A DNA stretch of 64,000 nt from an uncultured archaeon (GCA_964427715.1 CAYRUV010000003.1:9837-73836); one strand, 5' to 3'. Positions 24,150 through 33,844 are shown, counted from the first letter of the stretch. Translations and numbers: made by a program. The notes: generated by a model from the letters alone, not told the origin.

Positions 24150-24845
24150 ATGGAGACCGTTTCCGCATCCCCCATTCATCCCCCGGCCGGGGCCGTGTTG
24201 GCCTGTCAGAAGTGTGGGGAGTGCTGCCGCCGCTATGCCATTTCGGCTCTTCCTCATGAGTTGGAGCGACAGGCCAAGTTCTTCAAGATGGGGGAGAAGG
24301 AGTTCATTGGGGTTTATGGTCGAATTCTCTTGCAATTTTTACCTTTTTCTTCGAGTGATCACCCGCTGGCGATGCACGTGAGTATGATTCCCAAGTCCAC
24401 GTATGAGCAGCTGAAGAAGAACGGCTTTGAAGGCGACTACGCGATGATGCTCCCCATGATTGGGTTCAAGAAGCAGGAATACTGCGTCTTCTTCAATCCC
24501 AAAACCTTCGGGTGTACGATGCATTTGGTGAAGCCCATGCAGTGCACGTTGTTTCCCTTTACCTCATTGAAGGACAATGAGGATTATTCCAAGGCGTATG
24601 ATTTTTGCGAGCAATCTAGAATTCTCTCTCCCACGGAAAAGACGAAGGAGATCCAATCGTTTCATCGAAAGGAATGGAAAACCTTCTTTGACAAGGTCGC
24701 GTTGAAAGGATTGAAGGGCGGGTTTGATCACTGGCCCGCAGAAGGGGATGTGATTCACAATGGAAAAATTATTGGAAAAATCACCCTTCCCAACCTTCAT
24801 ACGTTGATAGAGTTGGCGCGTACTAAGGACGCGAAGAAGGATTAG
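24150..24845 (+). CDS. YkgJ-family (CxxCxxCC) zinc/iron-sulfur cluster protein
   Basis: CQKCGECCRRYAI N-terminal cluster and a later C...C...MQC pattern. The ATG at 24150 is preferred over the TTG at 24096. Confidence 0.65.
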   Translation: METVSASPIHPPAGAVLACQKCGECCRRYAISALPHELERQAKFFKMGEKEFIGVYGRILLQFLPFSSSDHPLAMHVSMIPKSTYEQLKKNGFEGDYAMMLPMIGFKKQEYCVFFNPKTFGCTMHLVKPMQCTLFPFTSLKDNEDYSKAYDFCEQSRILSPTEKTKEIQSFHRKEWKTFFDKVALKGLKGGFDHWPAEGDVIHNGKIIGKITLPNLHTLIELARTKDAKKD

Positions 24846-25261
24846 AATTCAACCTTCATCGCGGCTTGGGGCGCGGTCACGGGTTGGTGAAAGCGCAGGG
24901 TGATTTGGAATCCATTCTTGGCAATGGCTTTCGTGAGGGTTCCATCCCACATTTGCATGCCGAGCATGAATCCCACGTGCAGGTCTCCATAGATTCCTTC
25001 TTTCAAGTTCATGAATCTCCCCGAACACGAGATAATTCTCCCATTCGTGAGTTCGGTGCTGGTGAATTTGGACTTGTTGAAGTATTGGATGGTTGCGTGC
25101 TTCAATTGCCCGTCGGCGGCCACGGCGGTGCATTCGCGTATGCCGTGCTGTTGGATGGCTGTCCGGATGCCGGATAGTACGTCATCTCCTTCCTCGAAGG
25201 CAAGTACAAGGTCCTTTTCGACGCTTTTCCCTGAATAAATGCTGCTCTCAATGGTTCCCAT
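24842..25261 (-). CDS. PPC (DUF296) domain protein
   Basis: LVLAFEEGDDVLSGIRTAIQQHGIRECTAVAADGQLKHATIQYF...SCSGRF...GDLHVGFMLG, typical of PPC/DUF296. Confidence 0.7.
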   Translation of the reverse strand: MGTIESSIYSGKSVEKDLVLAFEEGDDVLSGIRTAIQQHGIRECTAVAADGQLKHATIQYFNKSKFTSTELTNGRIISCSGRFMNLKEGIYGDLHVGFMLGMQMWDGTLTKAIAKNGFQITLRFHQPVTAPQAAMKVEF

Positions 25262-25326
25262 GGATAAATTCCCCCTTAATTGGACGATACTGTTGGAAGG
25301 GATTGAACTTTATAGACCTGATTGGG

Positions 25327-25986
25327 TCATGTAGAATCGCGAGGTCTGTGTCGTTCTCGGATGAATCGCTGGTTGGATTTCCGGTACGCGCGGAGTCGCG
25401 AGGCCACGAGGGGGCGGTACATGAAATCATCTAGTATGCCTGCTGCCGCCATGGCCGCGGTTTCTTTATTCATGATGGGACGCAGCCGGTCTACTTCGGC
25501 GTGGAGTTCGCCCTCCACGGCTTTCAATGCGTCGATGCGCTGCGCGAGGGTGCGTTGCCGTTCCTCAATGAATGCGCTCATTTTCCGAACCTCGGATTGG
25601 AGTATGGGGAGTTCGCGTCCCCCGGCAATTTTCATTTGTTTCCGCAGGACACCCTCAAGGTATTGTCTTCGTCTCCGGAGCGCGCCAATTTGATAGGCAT
25701 ACACCTCCCGGTCATAGGCCAATAGTTTCTCTAACATCTGAACAGCGTCAACGGGTCCTCTTCTCTCGCTCTTGATTCGTCCCACCATGAATTGCCTTTT
25801 GGACAGTGGAAATCGTTCCAGTCCCGCACGGTCCAGGTCGCCCACTTTCGTGCGAATTTTATTTTCCCACAATCGCCGGAGACGGTTTTGTCCTTCTGCA
25901 GTTAGGCGTATTCCCTGGGGCGTTTCCATTGAAAATCCGACCTCGCGCAATGAGCGCATGAGCGGGCGAACGCGGGGTTTGGTCAT
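25327..25986 (-). CDS. Hypothetical Arg-rich coiled-coil protein
   Basis: Start taken at MTKPRVRPL to avoid overlap with the divergent udg gene. Long heptad region (RQRTLAQRIDALKAVEGELHAEVDRL). Confidence 0.4.
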   Translation of the reverse strand: MTKPRVRPLMRSLREVGFSMETPQGIRLTAEGQNRLRRLWENKIRTKVGDLDRAGLERFPLSKRQFMVGRIKSERRGPVDAVQMLEKLLAYDREVYAYQIGALRRRRQYLEGVLRKQMKIAGGRELPILQSEVRKMSAFIEERQRTLAQRIDALKAVEGELHAEVDRLRPIMNKETAAMAAAGILDDFMYRPLVASRLRAYRKSNQRFIRERHRPRDST

Positions 25987-26038
25987 GGGGGAGAGGGGAA
26001 GAGGGCCATTAAAATACCTGCACCGACTCACGTAGAAA

Positions 26039-26581
26039 ATGGACCTCGTTTCACTGCACCAGGATATTTCTACCTGCACGCGCTGCCCACTCTCAAAAAC
26101 ACGTATTCATGCGGTGCCGGGAGAGGGACCATTAAGTCCTCGTTTCATGCTCATCGGGGAAGCCCCGGGAAGGAATGAGGACGAGCAGGGAAAACCCTTT
26201 TGCGGGGCGGCCGGAAAAAAACTCGAGATGTTGTTGGCTGAAGCCGGGTTGAAACGTGAACACGTATTCATCACGTCCGTCCTCAAGTGTCGTCCGCCCG
26301 AGAATCGGGTTCCGACGCAGGAAGAAGCGGGCACGTGTAAGTCGCATTTTTTGTTTCCTCAAATCAAACTCCTCAAGCCTCACGTAATTGGTCTCATGGG
26401 AAGGACGGCCATTCAGCACGTGCTAGGAGAGGACATCTCCCTCGCGGAGTTTCACGGAAAAATTATTGAGCGTGCGGGTCAAAAGTATGCGATCTTGTAT
26501 CATCCGGCCGCGATGATCTACAATCAATCCCTGGTTGAGACCATGAAGAAGGATTTCATGGACGCGCTCAGTGAAAAATGA
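26039..26581 (+). CDS. udg: Uracil-DNA glycosylase, family 4
   Basis: CTRCPLSKTR...MLIGEAPGRNEDEQGKPFCGAAG...ILYHPAAMIY: family-4 motifs A and B with the Fe-S cysteines. Confidence 0.9.
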   Translation: MDLVSLHQDISTCTRCPLSKTRIHAVPGEGPLSPRFMLIGEAPGRNEDEQGKPFCGAAGKKLEMLLAEAGLKREHVFITSVLKCRPPENRVPTQEEAGTCKSHFLFPQIKLLKPHVIGLMGRTAIQHVLGEDISLAEFHGKIIERAGQKYAILYHPAAMIYNQSLVETMKKDFMDALSEK

Positions 26582-26582
26582 T

Positions 26583-26978
26583 TTATTTCTTCCACGCCAA
26601 ATAGGCGATGATGGCATACATGGTCAATCCATACACGCAGCTGGGGATCAACAAGGAGTACGTGCAGGGTTTGATGACGCAGCTCGGGTAAAGAATCTCA
26701 TTCACGGCGTAGAATCCCGAGAACAATATCCCCGCAACGGAGACCCACTGGATGACTTTGATGTGGGGGGTGGTCTTTTGAAAATAATGAATGAGGCTGG
26801 CGATGAGCAGGACACCGAAGAAGAAGGCTCCATACACGCAGGTGGGTAATCCGAACAAGTACGGGCATCCCTCCGTGAGGGGGCACGTGCCCGATACCAC
26901 TTTGGTGAAGGTCAAGTATCCCGCGAAAAGGAATCCGGCGAGTGAAACGAGTAGGATGGGGAGGGTTCGATTGGTCAT
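26583..26978 (-). CDS. Four-TM membrane protein with a duplicated tri-cysteine motif (possible membrane thiol oxidoreductase)
   Basis: GGAGGT Shine-Dalgarno site before ATG 26976-26978. TM1-CPLTEGC-x8-CVYG(TM2) and TM3-CVIKPC-x8-CVYG(TM4) form an internal duplication. Confidence 0.5.
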   Translation of the reverse strand: MTNRTLPILLVSLAGFLFAGYLTFTKVVSGTCPLTEGCPYLFGLPTCVYGAFFFGVLLIASLIHYFQKTTPHIKVIQWVSVAGILFSGFYAVNEILYPSCVIKPCTYSLLIPSCVYGLTMYAIIAYLAWKK

Positions 26979-27033
26979 ACTACCTCCATTTGCCCATTCT
27001 CCATAAAAGCCCCAAAGTATCCAAAACCATACT

Positions 27034-27387
27034 ATGACGGCCCATGACTGCATCCCCTTGCAAACGTTTCACTTGTTAGGGAAGAAGGATTTCGTGCCTA
27101 TTTTGGAGGAGTTTTACTTTTCCCGTTTTCAGGGATTCAATGCCCTCACACGGGTATTGAAGATAACCCCGCGTCAATTATCCATGCGACTAAAAGAAAT
27201 GGAGTCGCAGGGGCTGGTGGAGAAAAATGGGGACTCATATTCTCTGACCAGCAAGGGAAAGGATTTGGGGGACTTGGTCCAGAATATCAAGGGTTTTCAC
27301 GCGAAATACCATGAGGGGTTTGATTCCTGCGCGGGAACGCCTTGCAGCACGTGTGTGAATTTCGTTCAGATTCACCGGCATAGGTAG
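27034..27387 (+). CDS. HxlR-type winged-helix transcriptional regulator
   Basis: [14 protein letters not shown]...[30 protein letters not shown]. Divergent from the Cys-motif membrane gene. Confidence 0.65.
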   Translation: MTAHDCIPLQTFHLLGKKDFVPILEEFYFSRFQGFNALTRVLKITPRQLSMRLKEMESQGLVEKNGDSYSLTSKGKDLGDLVQNIKGFHAKYHEGFDSCAGTPCSTCVNFVQIHRHR

Positions 27388-27584
27388 GGTATCCATTCCG
27401 ATACTGCCGGCCATTAATATCTCCTTCTTGTTTGTTCCTAGACATAGAGCCTAGTCCCAATACGGGGGGTTTTCCGGGTTTGCTACGCCGTCTCCATCGA
27501 CGCCCGGGCCTCCTTTCATTTCTTTTGTACTATTCGAGTGGATACTATCACGTATTTATTCGCCCGACTCTTGGGTGGGAGCAT

Positions 27585-28301
27585 ATGATCTCGCTCAAAA
27601 ACAAAGTCGCAATTGTAACCGGTGGAACAAAAGGAATAGGTAAAGGAATCGCGGACACGCTGGCATCCTATGGGGCGCACGTCGTGGTATGCTCCTCCAA
27701 ATCAAAAGGGGGAAAGCATCATCACGTGAAGGCCAATATCACGCAGTTCAAGGATTGTTCCAAGTTGGTCGAACAAACCATCAAGAAGTTTGGTCGGATT
27801 GACATTTTGGTGAATAACGCAGGTATCTATCCCTTCACTTCCTTCAAGGATATGACGCGTGCGCAGTGGGATCAAGTCATCGATGTGAATTTGAACGGGG
27901 TATTCAACGCCACGAAAGCGGTGTTGCCTCACATGATGAAGCAAAAATATGGAAAAATCATCAACATTGCTTCAATTGCCGGTGTTTCGGTTGGATTTCC
28001 AGGGCTGGTGCACTATTGTACAACCAAGGCCGGACTCATGGGTTTTACTCGCGCCCTCGCATTAGAGATGGCTCCCTATAATATTCACGTGAATGCGATT
28101 GCCCCTGGGGCCATTCGCACACCTGGAGTAAAGGCGGGGTTAAGCAAGGATGCGGCGGCCGGGATGATTCATATCATTCCTGAAGGGCGAATGGGGAAGC
28201 CGGTGGAGATTGCGGAGACTGCGGCCTTTTTGGCGTCGGATGCAGCCTCCTATATTTTGGGGCAAACCATCATTGTGGACGGCGGTCTCACGGACCGCTG
28301 A
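27585..28301 (+). CDS. Short-chain dehydrogenase/reductase (FabG-like)
   Basis: [20 protein letters not shown], the catalytic Y-x3-K (YCTTKAG), and PGAIRTPG. The track start at 27432 is rejected. Confidence 0.9.
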   Translation: MISLKNKVAIVTGGTKGIGKGIADTLASYGAHVVVCSSKSKGGKHHHVKANITQFKDCSKLVEQTIKKFGRIDILVNNAGIYPFTSFKDMTRAQWDQVIDVNLNGVFNATKAVLPHMMKQKYGKIINIASIAGVSVGFPGLVHYCTTKAGLMGFTRALALEMAPYNIHVNAIAPGAIRTPGVKAGLSKDAAAGMIHIIPEGRMGKPVEIAETAAFLASDAASYILGQTIIVDGGLTDR

Positions 28302-28316
28302 TTCCACGCATTTCCA

Positions 28317-28565
28317 TTATTGGGGACCCTCATCCTCTTCGGTAACTACTCCTTCTTTGAGGATGAAATCGGCGAGGATGGAGTCGCAGACGCTACAATA
28401 GTGTACGTGCGGAAAGTCCGATTCTTCCGCGCGGATGAATTCAATCTCTTTCAGGAGGGCATTTTTCCTTTCCGCGTTTCCATTTTCTAATTTGATTAAG
28501 TCATCGACAATTTCTTCTTTGGTTCGTTTGCATATCCAGCATTTTTCCATTCCAATCCACTCCAT
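28317..28565 (-). CDS. Small CxxC...CxxC zinc-binding protein, hypothetical
   Basis: CWICKR ... YCSVCDS. Likely start at MEKCW (28550). Confidence 0.4.
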   Translation of the reverse strand: MEWIGMEKCWICKRTKEEIVDDLIKLENGNAERKNALLKEIEFIRAEESDFPHVHYCSVCDSILADFILKEGVVTEEDEGPQ

Positions 28566-28604
28566 TAATCACGCAATGTATGCTCAGCAGTAGTCCACGT
28601 CTAT

Positions 28605-28997
28605 TTATTTTATTCGTTCAAGTTTGCCTTTGCGTTTAACGATGTTTTTGTAGTCCCACTGGATCTTTTTGGATTTAGAAAGCCAGCGTTTTAGGTCAGC
28701 AGAATTGACTTCTTTTACATTCGTATAGAAAATAGAGGCATCCTTGAATTTCCCCGTACCCGGTTGGAGTTTTTCCTCATCAAAGTCGGCTCCGCTCCAG
28801 AACATCAAGCGAATTCCCGGCTTTTGTTTACTGTATCCTACAATTGGATTACCGTCCAAGAACCACACTGGACTCGCGTGCCATACTTTGCTTTCCGCTT
28901 TCGTAAGGCCGGTGTTAATTTCCTTCATCAATCGTTCGCATATTTTCTTTTCTTCAGTGGATTGTTTGGCGTTGTAGGTTTGAATTTCCTTGTTCAT
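28605..28997 (-). CDS. DUF1801 domain protein (second copy)
   Basis: MNKEIQTYNAKQSTEEKKICERLMKEI...VWHASPVWFLDGNPIVGYSKQKPGIRLMFWSG. The upstream 61 codons of the track ORF overlap the next gene and were discarded. Confidence 0.6.
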   Translation of the reverse strand: MNKEIQTYNAKQSTEEKKICERLMKEINTGLTKAESKVWHASPVWFLDGNPIVGYSKQKPGIRLMFWSGADFDEEKLQPGTGKFKDASIFYTNVKEVNSADLKRWLSKSKKIQWDYKNIVKRKGKLERIK

Positions 28998-29056
28998 AGG
29001 ATGAGGAAAAAAAAGGAGTTTAAGTAGATACTTCTTTAGGCATGGCAGCAGCATCG

Positions 29057-29563
29057 TTACATTTTTCGGGAGTCGTAGGCCCAATGTAAGAGTGCTTGGC
29101 GTAGGCGAGGAGAGCAATCCAGGTTCCCTTTTTGGCATCGCTGGGTGAGTTGCGCAATGTGTCGTTTCATGCCGCTCCATCGGCGTATTTGTCGAACATC
29201 CTCTTCGGGAATGCGTCTACCCATGTAGTAGCGGCAGTACCATTGGAACCATCCCCTCGGGTCGTTTGGATGGATCCACCCTTTTTCTTTCCACACTTTC
29301 AAGGGTTGCGATGCATCGACCTTGAAGAAGTTAAGGGAGGGGTCCTTTTCTCGTTTCGCGAACTTGGCGTGCGTGAACCAAGATGAGGGAAATTCTTTCA
29401 CACAGTCCCGCATGTATTTTCCTCCGAACACGCCCAATGCGAGCATCTGCTTCGGGGTTAATTCGGGTTTGAACCGGGGATCGAAATCTTTCCCTGCCCG
29501 GGCGGTACGATCATACACGTACCTCTTCTGCATTCGATCATTCACGTACACGCGAATAGGCAT
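29057..29563 (-). CDS. Conserved-looking hypothetical protein (GWFQWYCRYYMGRR motif)
   Basis: Clean 168-aa ORF. I recall the Trp/Arg-rich motif from uncharacterised proteins but cannot name a family. Confidence 0.45.
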   Translation of the reverse strand: MPIRVYVNDRMQKRYVYDRTARAGKDFDPRFKPELTPKQMLALGVFGGKYMRDCVKEFPSSWFTHAKFAKREKDPSLNFFKVDASQPLKVWKEKGWIHPNDPRGWFQWYCRYYMGRRIPEEDVRQIRRWSGMKRHIAQLTQRCQKGNLDCSPRLRQALLHWAYDSRKM

Positions 29564-29597
29564 CCATCACGCCACGCAGAAACGGAATAATAAAGAG

Positions 29598-29672
29598 TGC
29601 CCCGAGCGGGATTTGAACCCGCGTCACCACCGTGAGAGGGTGGCATCCTTAACCGGGCTAGACGATCGGGGC
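29598..29672 (-). tRNA. tRNA-Glu (anticodon CTC)
   Basis: Acceptor GCCCCGA/TCGGGGC, anticodon stem CCACC/GGTGG with loop CTCTCAC, T arm GCGGG-TTCAAAT-CCCGC. Confidence 0.85.
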
Positions 29673-29842
29673 GTCGAGCAATGACAACTAGGGGTCAAAA
29701 ACCAGCGAAAACGAGAACCGCAGGGGCACGAAGACCCCTTTCCTTCTACCGCTCTCACCGGACTTAAACCGCCCAATTGGGCCAATGAATACCCTATACC
29801 TCGAGGAAGGGCTTATATTGGCTTCTCCCCCGGCTCAAATGT

Positions 29843-30841
29843 ATGTCCCGAAAGACCATGAAGGATGCCTACGCGAGCATTTTCAAGAAAAGCGTCCCCA
29901 CGAAAGGAAGCGCAGTGAAGGGACTCGATTTTGATGGGAAGGTCGAGCTGAATAAGCTGATTGAATCCCTCTCAACAAGTGGCTTTCAAGCCTCCCATTT
30001 GGGAAAGGCGATTGACCTTGTAAAGCGTATGCGCAAGGACAAGGTGACCATTTTCCTTGGATTCACCTCCAATCAAATCTCCTCCGGAAATCGAGAGATT
30101 ATTCGTTATTTGGTGGAGCACAAGATGGTGGATTGTTTGGTGACTACGGCGGGCGGTATCGAAGAGGATTTCATCAAGACGCACGCGCCGTTTTATTTAG
30201 CTGATTTTCGGTTGGATGGAGCCAAGTTGCGCGCGAAGGGAATCAATCGAATTGGAAATCTTTTGGCGCCGAATGAGCGCTACATTTGGTTTGAACAATT
30301 CTTCCAGCCTATTTTGAAAGAATTAGTGGAGGAGCAGACGAAAACAAGCCACGTTTTTTCTCCTTCGGAAGTTATTCATCGCATGGGAAAAACAATTAAT
30401 GACAAGTCCAGCGTGTATTATTGGGCGGCCAAGCACAACATTCCAGTCTTTTGCCCCGCATTCATGGATGGGGCGATTGGGGATAATTGTTATTTCTTTA
30501 ATTACAACCGAAAGAAGAGCGAAAAGCTCGTGTTGGATCAAATCATGGACCATCATCGCCTGATTGAGATGACATTGGATGCCAAAGAGACGGGAATTTT
30601 GGTGTTGGGAAGCGGGTTGGTCAAGCACACGCTGTGCAACGCCAACATGTACCGTGAAGGGGCCAAGTATGCAGTGTACGTGAACACATCTTCTGAGTAC
30701 GACGGCAGCGACTCCGGGGCGGAGCCCGAAGAGGCGAAGAGTTGGGGAAAGATTGCCGCGGATGCCAACACGGTAAAAGTGGTTGGAGACACGACTATTC
30801 TGCTTCCCTTGATTGTAGCAGGCGCGTTCCGAAAAAACTAA
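29843..30841 (+). CDS. dys: Deoxyhypusine synthase
   Basis: TIFLGFTSNQISSGNREIIRYLVEHKMVDCLVTTAGGIEEDFIK ... GSGLVKHT ... EAKSWGKI. Confidence 0.92.
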   Translation: MSRKTMKDAYASIFKKSVPTKGSAVKGLDFDGKVELNKLIESLSTSGFQASHLGKAIDLVKRMRKDKVTIFLGFTSNQISSGNREIIRYLVEHKMVDCLVTTAGGIEEDFIKTHAPFYLADFRLDGAKLRAKGINRIGNLLAPNERYIWFEQFFQPILKELVEEQTKTSHVFSPSEVIHRMGKTINDKSSVYYWAAKHNIPVFCPAFMDGAIGDNCYFFNYNRKKSEKLVLDQIMDHHRLIEMTLDAKETGILVLGSGLVKHTLCNANMYREGAKYAVYVNTSSEYDGSDSGAEPEEAKSWGKIAADANTVKVVGDTTILLPLIVAGAFRKN

Positions 30842-30852
30842 TTGAATTTTTT

Positions 30853-31413
30853 TTAATTCAGCAATACGATGCTCATATTCAGCAGGCTGGCGAATGAGAC
30901 CCATGCCCAATACGGCAGGAGTGCGTACGCGGCTTCTCGTCGGATGCGAAAAAAGGCACTCACGGTCATTCCGATGGAGAACCAGAGGAATAGAATAGTG
31001 AAGAGTGCCAGCAGGGGATTTTTCCATCCGAAAAAAATAATCGACCACAATACGTTGAGAATCAGCTGCACGGCAAACCAGTAATAGGCGGAGGATTTGA
31101 GATATTGGTCTTTCTTTTCCACGCGAGTAGGGGTATTCCAAATCTGATAGAGGGCCCATCCCATGAGAACATATAACGTGGTCCACACGGGACCAAATAT
31201 CCAGTTGGGGGGATTGAAGAAGGGCTTGTTGAGCGTCTGATACCACGTGGAAATGCTATCCAGGGTGAAAAAGGAACCCATGAATCCAGCAGATAGACTG
31301 ACTCCAATGCTTGCCACGAGTTTGAAATAATTGATTGGAATCTGTTTTCCGCTCACGGATGGGGTGTTCTTTTTGCCCACTTTTCGCGCGAATCGTTTTT
31401 TTTCACGGGCCAT
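30853..31413 (-). CDS. tspO: TspO/MBR family tryptophan-rich sensory protein
   Basis: WYQTLNKPFFNPPNWIFGPVWTTLYVLMGWALY ... PYWAWVSFASLLN. Start at MAREKK. Confidence 0.85.
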   Translation of the reverse strand: MAREKKRFARKVGKKNTPSVSGKQIPINYFKLVASIGVSLSAGFMGSFFTLDSISTWYQTLNKPFFNPPNWIFGPVWTTLYVLMGWALYQIWNTPTRVEKKDQYLKSSAYYWFAVQLILNVLWSIIFFGWKNPLLALFTILFLWFSIGMTVSAFFRIRREAAYALLPYWAWVSFASLLNMSIVLLN

Positions 31414-31542
31414 GGACAGGACACTCAGATGTCCCTTATATGCGTGCAGCAGGCGCTTTCTCGAAGAAGTAGTATCTTCTCGCATACCATTTCCTTTATC
31501 TTCTCCCAATATTTTGCTTCCCCCTATGAGGGGTGCATCATC

Positions 31543-32802
31543 ATGGCCTTGAAGCGCGAACTAAGTATGTGGGAAATTGTCCTAGCGGGAGTAGGAGTCA
31601 TTGTCGGGGCTGGAATCTACGCTCTGCTTGGAAAGGGGGCAGGGATTGTGGGGGAGAGCGTCTGGTTGTCCTTTGCGATTGGGGGGGTTATTGCGATTCT
31701 CACCGGATTGAGCTATGCGGAGTTATCGTCTCGTTTTCCCAAGGCGGGTGCAGAGTACGTGTATGCCAAGTCCGCGTTTAAGGAGTGGGTGGCGCGTTTG
31801 TGTGGGTTCGCTTTATTGTTCGTGGGGTTCACCTCGGCCACAACGGTCGCATTGGGTTTTGGGGGTTACTTCTTCGGCCTCACGCACATTCCCGTTCTCT
31901 GGGCCGCAATGGGGGTCATTTTTCTTTGTGGTATTATCCTCGTGCGCGGGGCCAAGTTTGGGGCGGATTTGGCGAGTGGGATTTCATTGATTGAAATTCT
32001 GGGGTTGCTCGTGGTCACCTTTATTGGTCTTCCCACCCTCGCCAAGGGGTTTGTGGTTCCGGATCTGACGCAGCTTCCCACGGTGCTCTATGGAACCGCA
32101 GTGGTGTTTTTCGCGTTTTTAGGATTTGAGGAGTTAGTTCGAATGTCCGAGGAGACGAAGGATGCCAAGCACAAGATGCCCATTGCATTGCTTGCAGCGA
32201 TCGCGATCTCATCCGTATTGTATGTGCTGGTTTCCGCCTCTGCGATTGGGCTGGTAGGGGCCGATACGCTGGGGAGTAGCACCTCTCCGCTCGCAACGGT
32301 CGTAAAACCATCCTTGGGGGAGACGGGGTTCTTTCTCATGAGTCTGGCGGGGCTCCTCTCCACCTTCAATACGGTACTATTGATTATTCTCGCCGCGTCT
32401 CGTTTGTTGTATGGGATGGGGGTCGCGCGGATTGTTCCGGCGGTATTTAGTCAGACGAAGAATAACCAGCCCCTCTTCGCGCTGGGTGCCACGGTGTTCT
32501 TTTCGGCGGCCTTGCTGGGGATTGGGGACATTACCATTCTCGCGCAGATGACGGACGTATTGTTGTTTGCCGTTTTTGCGGTGATGAATGCGGTGATTCT
32601 CAAGCTTCATTGGAAAAAGGATCGATTCAATGGCTTCCGTGTTCCTCTTGATATTGGAAAGGTTTCCCTCCCGGCACTGCTGGGACTTGTTTCAAGCGCG
32701 GGGATGATGCTTTTCGTGGATGTGAATGCATTGCTCTATTCGGCAGCCTTCTTTACCGTGTTGGCGGTCGTGATGCATTGGTGGGCGGGCCGAGGGAAAT
32801 AG
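31543..32802 (+). CDS. APC-superfamily amino acid permease
   Basis: LSMWEIVLAGVGVIVGAGIYALLGK ... FAFLGFEELVRMSEETKD. About 12 TM helices. Confidence 0.85.
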   Translation: MALKRELSMWEIVLAGVGVIVGAGIYALLGKGAGIVGESVWLSFAIGGVIAILTGLSYAELSSRFPKAGAEYVYAKSAFKEWVARLCGFALLFVGFTSATTVALGFGGYFFGLTHIPVLWAAMGVIFLCGIILVRGAKFGADLASGISLIEILGLLVVTFIGLPTLAKGFVVPDLTQLPTVLYGTAVVFFAFLGFEELVRMSEETKDAKHKMPIALLAAIAISSVLYVLVSASAIGLVGADTLGSSTSPLATVVKPSLGETGFFLMSLAGLLSTFNTVLLIILAASRLLYGMGVARIVPAVFSQTKNNQPLFALGATVFFSAALLGIGDITILAQMTDVLLFAVFAVMNAVILKLHWKKDRFNGFRVPLDIGKVSLPALLGLVSSAGMMLFVDVNALLYSAAFFTVLAVVMHWWAGRGK

Positions 32803-32824
32803 TTTCTCTAGTGACAAGCCCGCT

Positions 32825-33529
32825 TTATTTTAATCGGCGTGCGGAAAGAACGAGGTAGGTTTCACCAAAAACCACCTTTTGCGTCGAGACCCTCCACCCT
32901 TCCTTTCGGAGCATGGAAATGAGAGGGTGGAATCGGGTGTAGGCGGAGTATATCCCCCTCAGTTGCACCGGGGTTCGACTTTGGCGCATTTCGGGGTATA
33001 ATGAGTGGAGGAATTTGGTATACGTGGGCTGAGGCCTCTCAACCAGCAGGATGGCGTGCGAAAGAGAGGCAATCTTTTTCAGTACGCGGACACGTTGCGC
33101 CGGGGGAACATGAGTAAGAACCTCATTCATTACCACCAAATCAAAGCGTGTGTGTTTGGAGAATGGAAGTTTCTGAATGTCTCCCACGATAAAGTGAGAA
33201 ATCGTTTTCTTTTTCTTACCGAGGTTCTGCTTCAAAAGTTGCTGGGCGATGGCCGGGCTTTGTTCTAAATAATAGGTTTCTCGGAAAGGGAAGAATGGAA
33301 GAACGGGCGCCAACCCAGGGCCGATTTCCAGTGCAGTAGCGCGGGAGGGTTTTGCAACGAGGGTGTTGATTTCTTTCTTGAGGATACTCAAGCTCTTCTG
33401 GACTATTTTTCCTCGGCACGTGAGGAAGGTAGCGAAAGGTTGAGTGTGTTGGTAGTGGGTTCCATCATACCATGCGTGTCTCTTTTTTTCCAATGAGGAG
33501 GTTTTCTTTTTTAGTGTGGATGAGGGCAT
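32825..33529 (-). CDS. Class I SAM-dependent methyltransferase
   Basis: ALEIGPGLAP (motif I-like) and FDLVVMNEVLTHVPP (motif II/III region). Confidence 0.65.
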   Translation of the reverse strand: MPSSTLKKKTSSLEKKRHAWYDGTHYQHTQPFATFLTCRGKIVQKSLSILKKEINTLVAKPSRATALEIGPGLAPVLPFFPFRETYYLEQSPAIAQQLLKQNLGKKKKTISHFIVGDIQKLPFSKHTRFDLVVMNEVLTHVPPAQRVRVLKKIASLSHAILLVERPQPTYTKFLHSLYPEMRQSRTPVQLRGIYSAYTRFHPLISMLRKEGWRVSTQKVVFGETYLVLSARRLK

Positions 33530-33571
33530 GGAGAATCAGGGAAAGAAAAAAAAAGGAAAAGGAAGGGAAAA

Positions 33572-33679
33572 TTACTTCTTCCTTTTCATCGCGCGCATCT
33601 TCTTGCCTCGCGGTTTCTTGGACGTGGACACCTTTCTCTTGTGTCGGTGCTTGGTCAACTTGGGTACTTTTTTGGCCAT
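33572..33679 (-). CDS. 35-aa ultra-basic micro-ORF (MAKKVPKLTKHRHKRKVSTSKKPRGKKMRAMKRKK)
   Basis: ATG to TAA ORF not in the track (under 60 aa), with 19 of 35 residues Lys/Arg. Only a weak Shine-Dalgarno site (GAGAG). Confidence 0.3.
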   Translation of the reverse strand: MAKKVPKLTKHRHKRKVSTSKKPRGKKMRAMKRKK

Positions 33680-33844
33680 GTTCAGATACACTCTCGTTTT
33701 GGTTTTTCGATGATATTCCCCAATGCGACGAGTCGCAATCGGAAAACACTCGTTATGTGAAAGAACGATTCGCCCTATTTAATGGTGTCGGGTCAAGAAA
33801 AAAGAAATAGGAAGGGGGTGCCCCCATTCCTTTCAGAATTTTTG

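Noticed and set aside
29685-29842. Hairpin AGGGGTC...GACCCCT, with inner AGGGG-N8-CCCCT followed by TTCCTTC, considered as a terminator or small RNA.
   Set aside because: It lies upstream of both flanking genes (tRNA-Glu on minus, dys on plus), so there is nothing for it to terminate. The stem is short, and I have no covariation evidence.
30323-31246. 307-aa ORF on the minus strand.
   Set aside because: It runs antisense to deoxyhypusine synthase and out of frame through tspO, both with strong motif support. It is Arg/His/Leu-rich with no motifs, so it is an antisense shadow frame.
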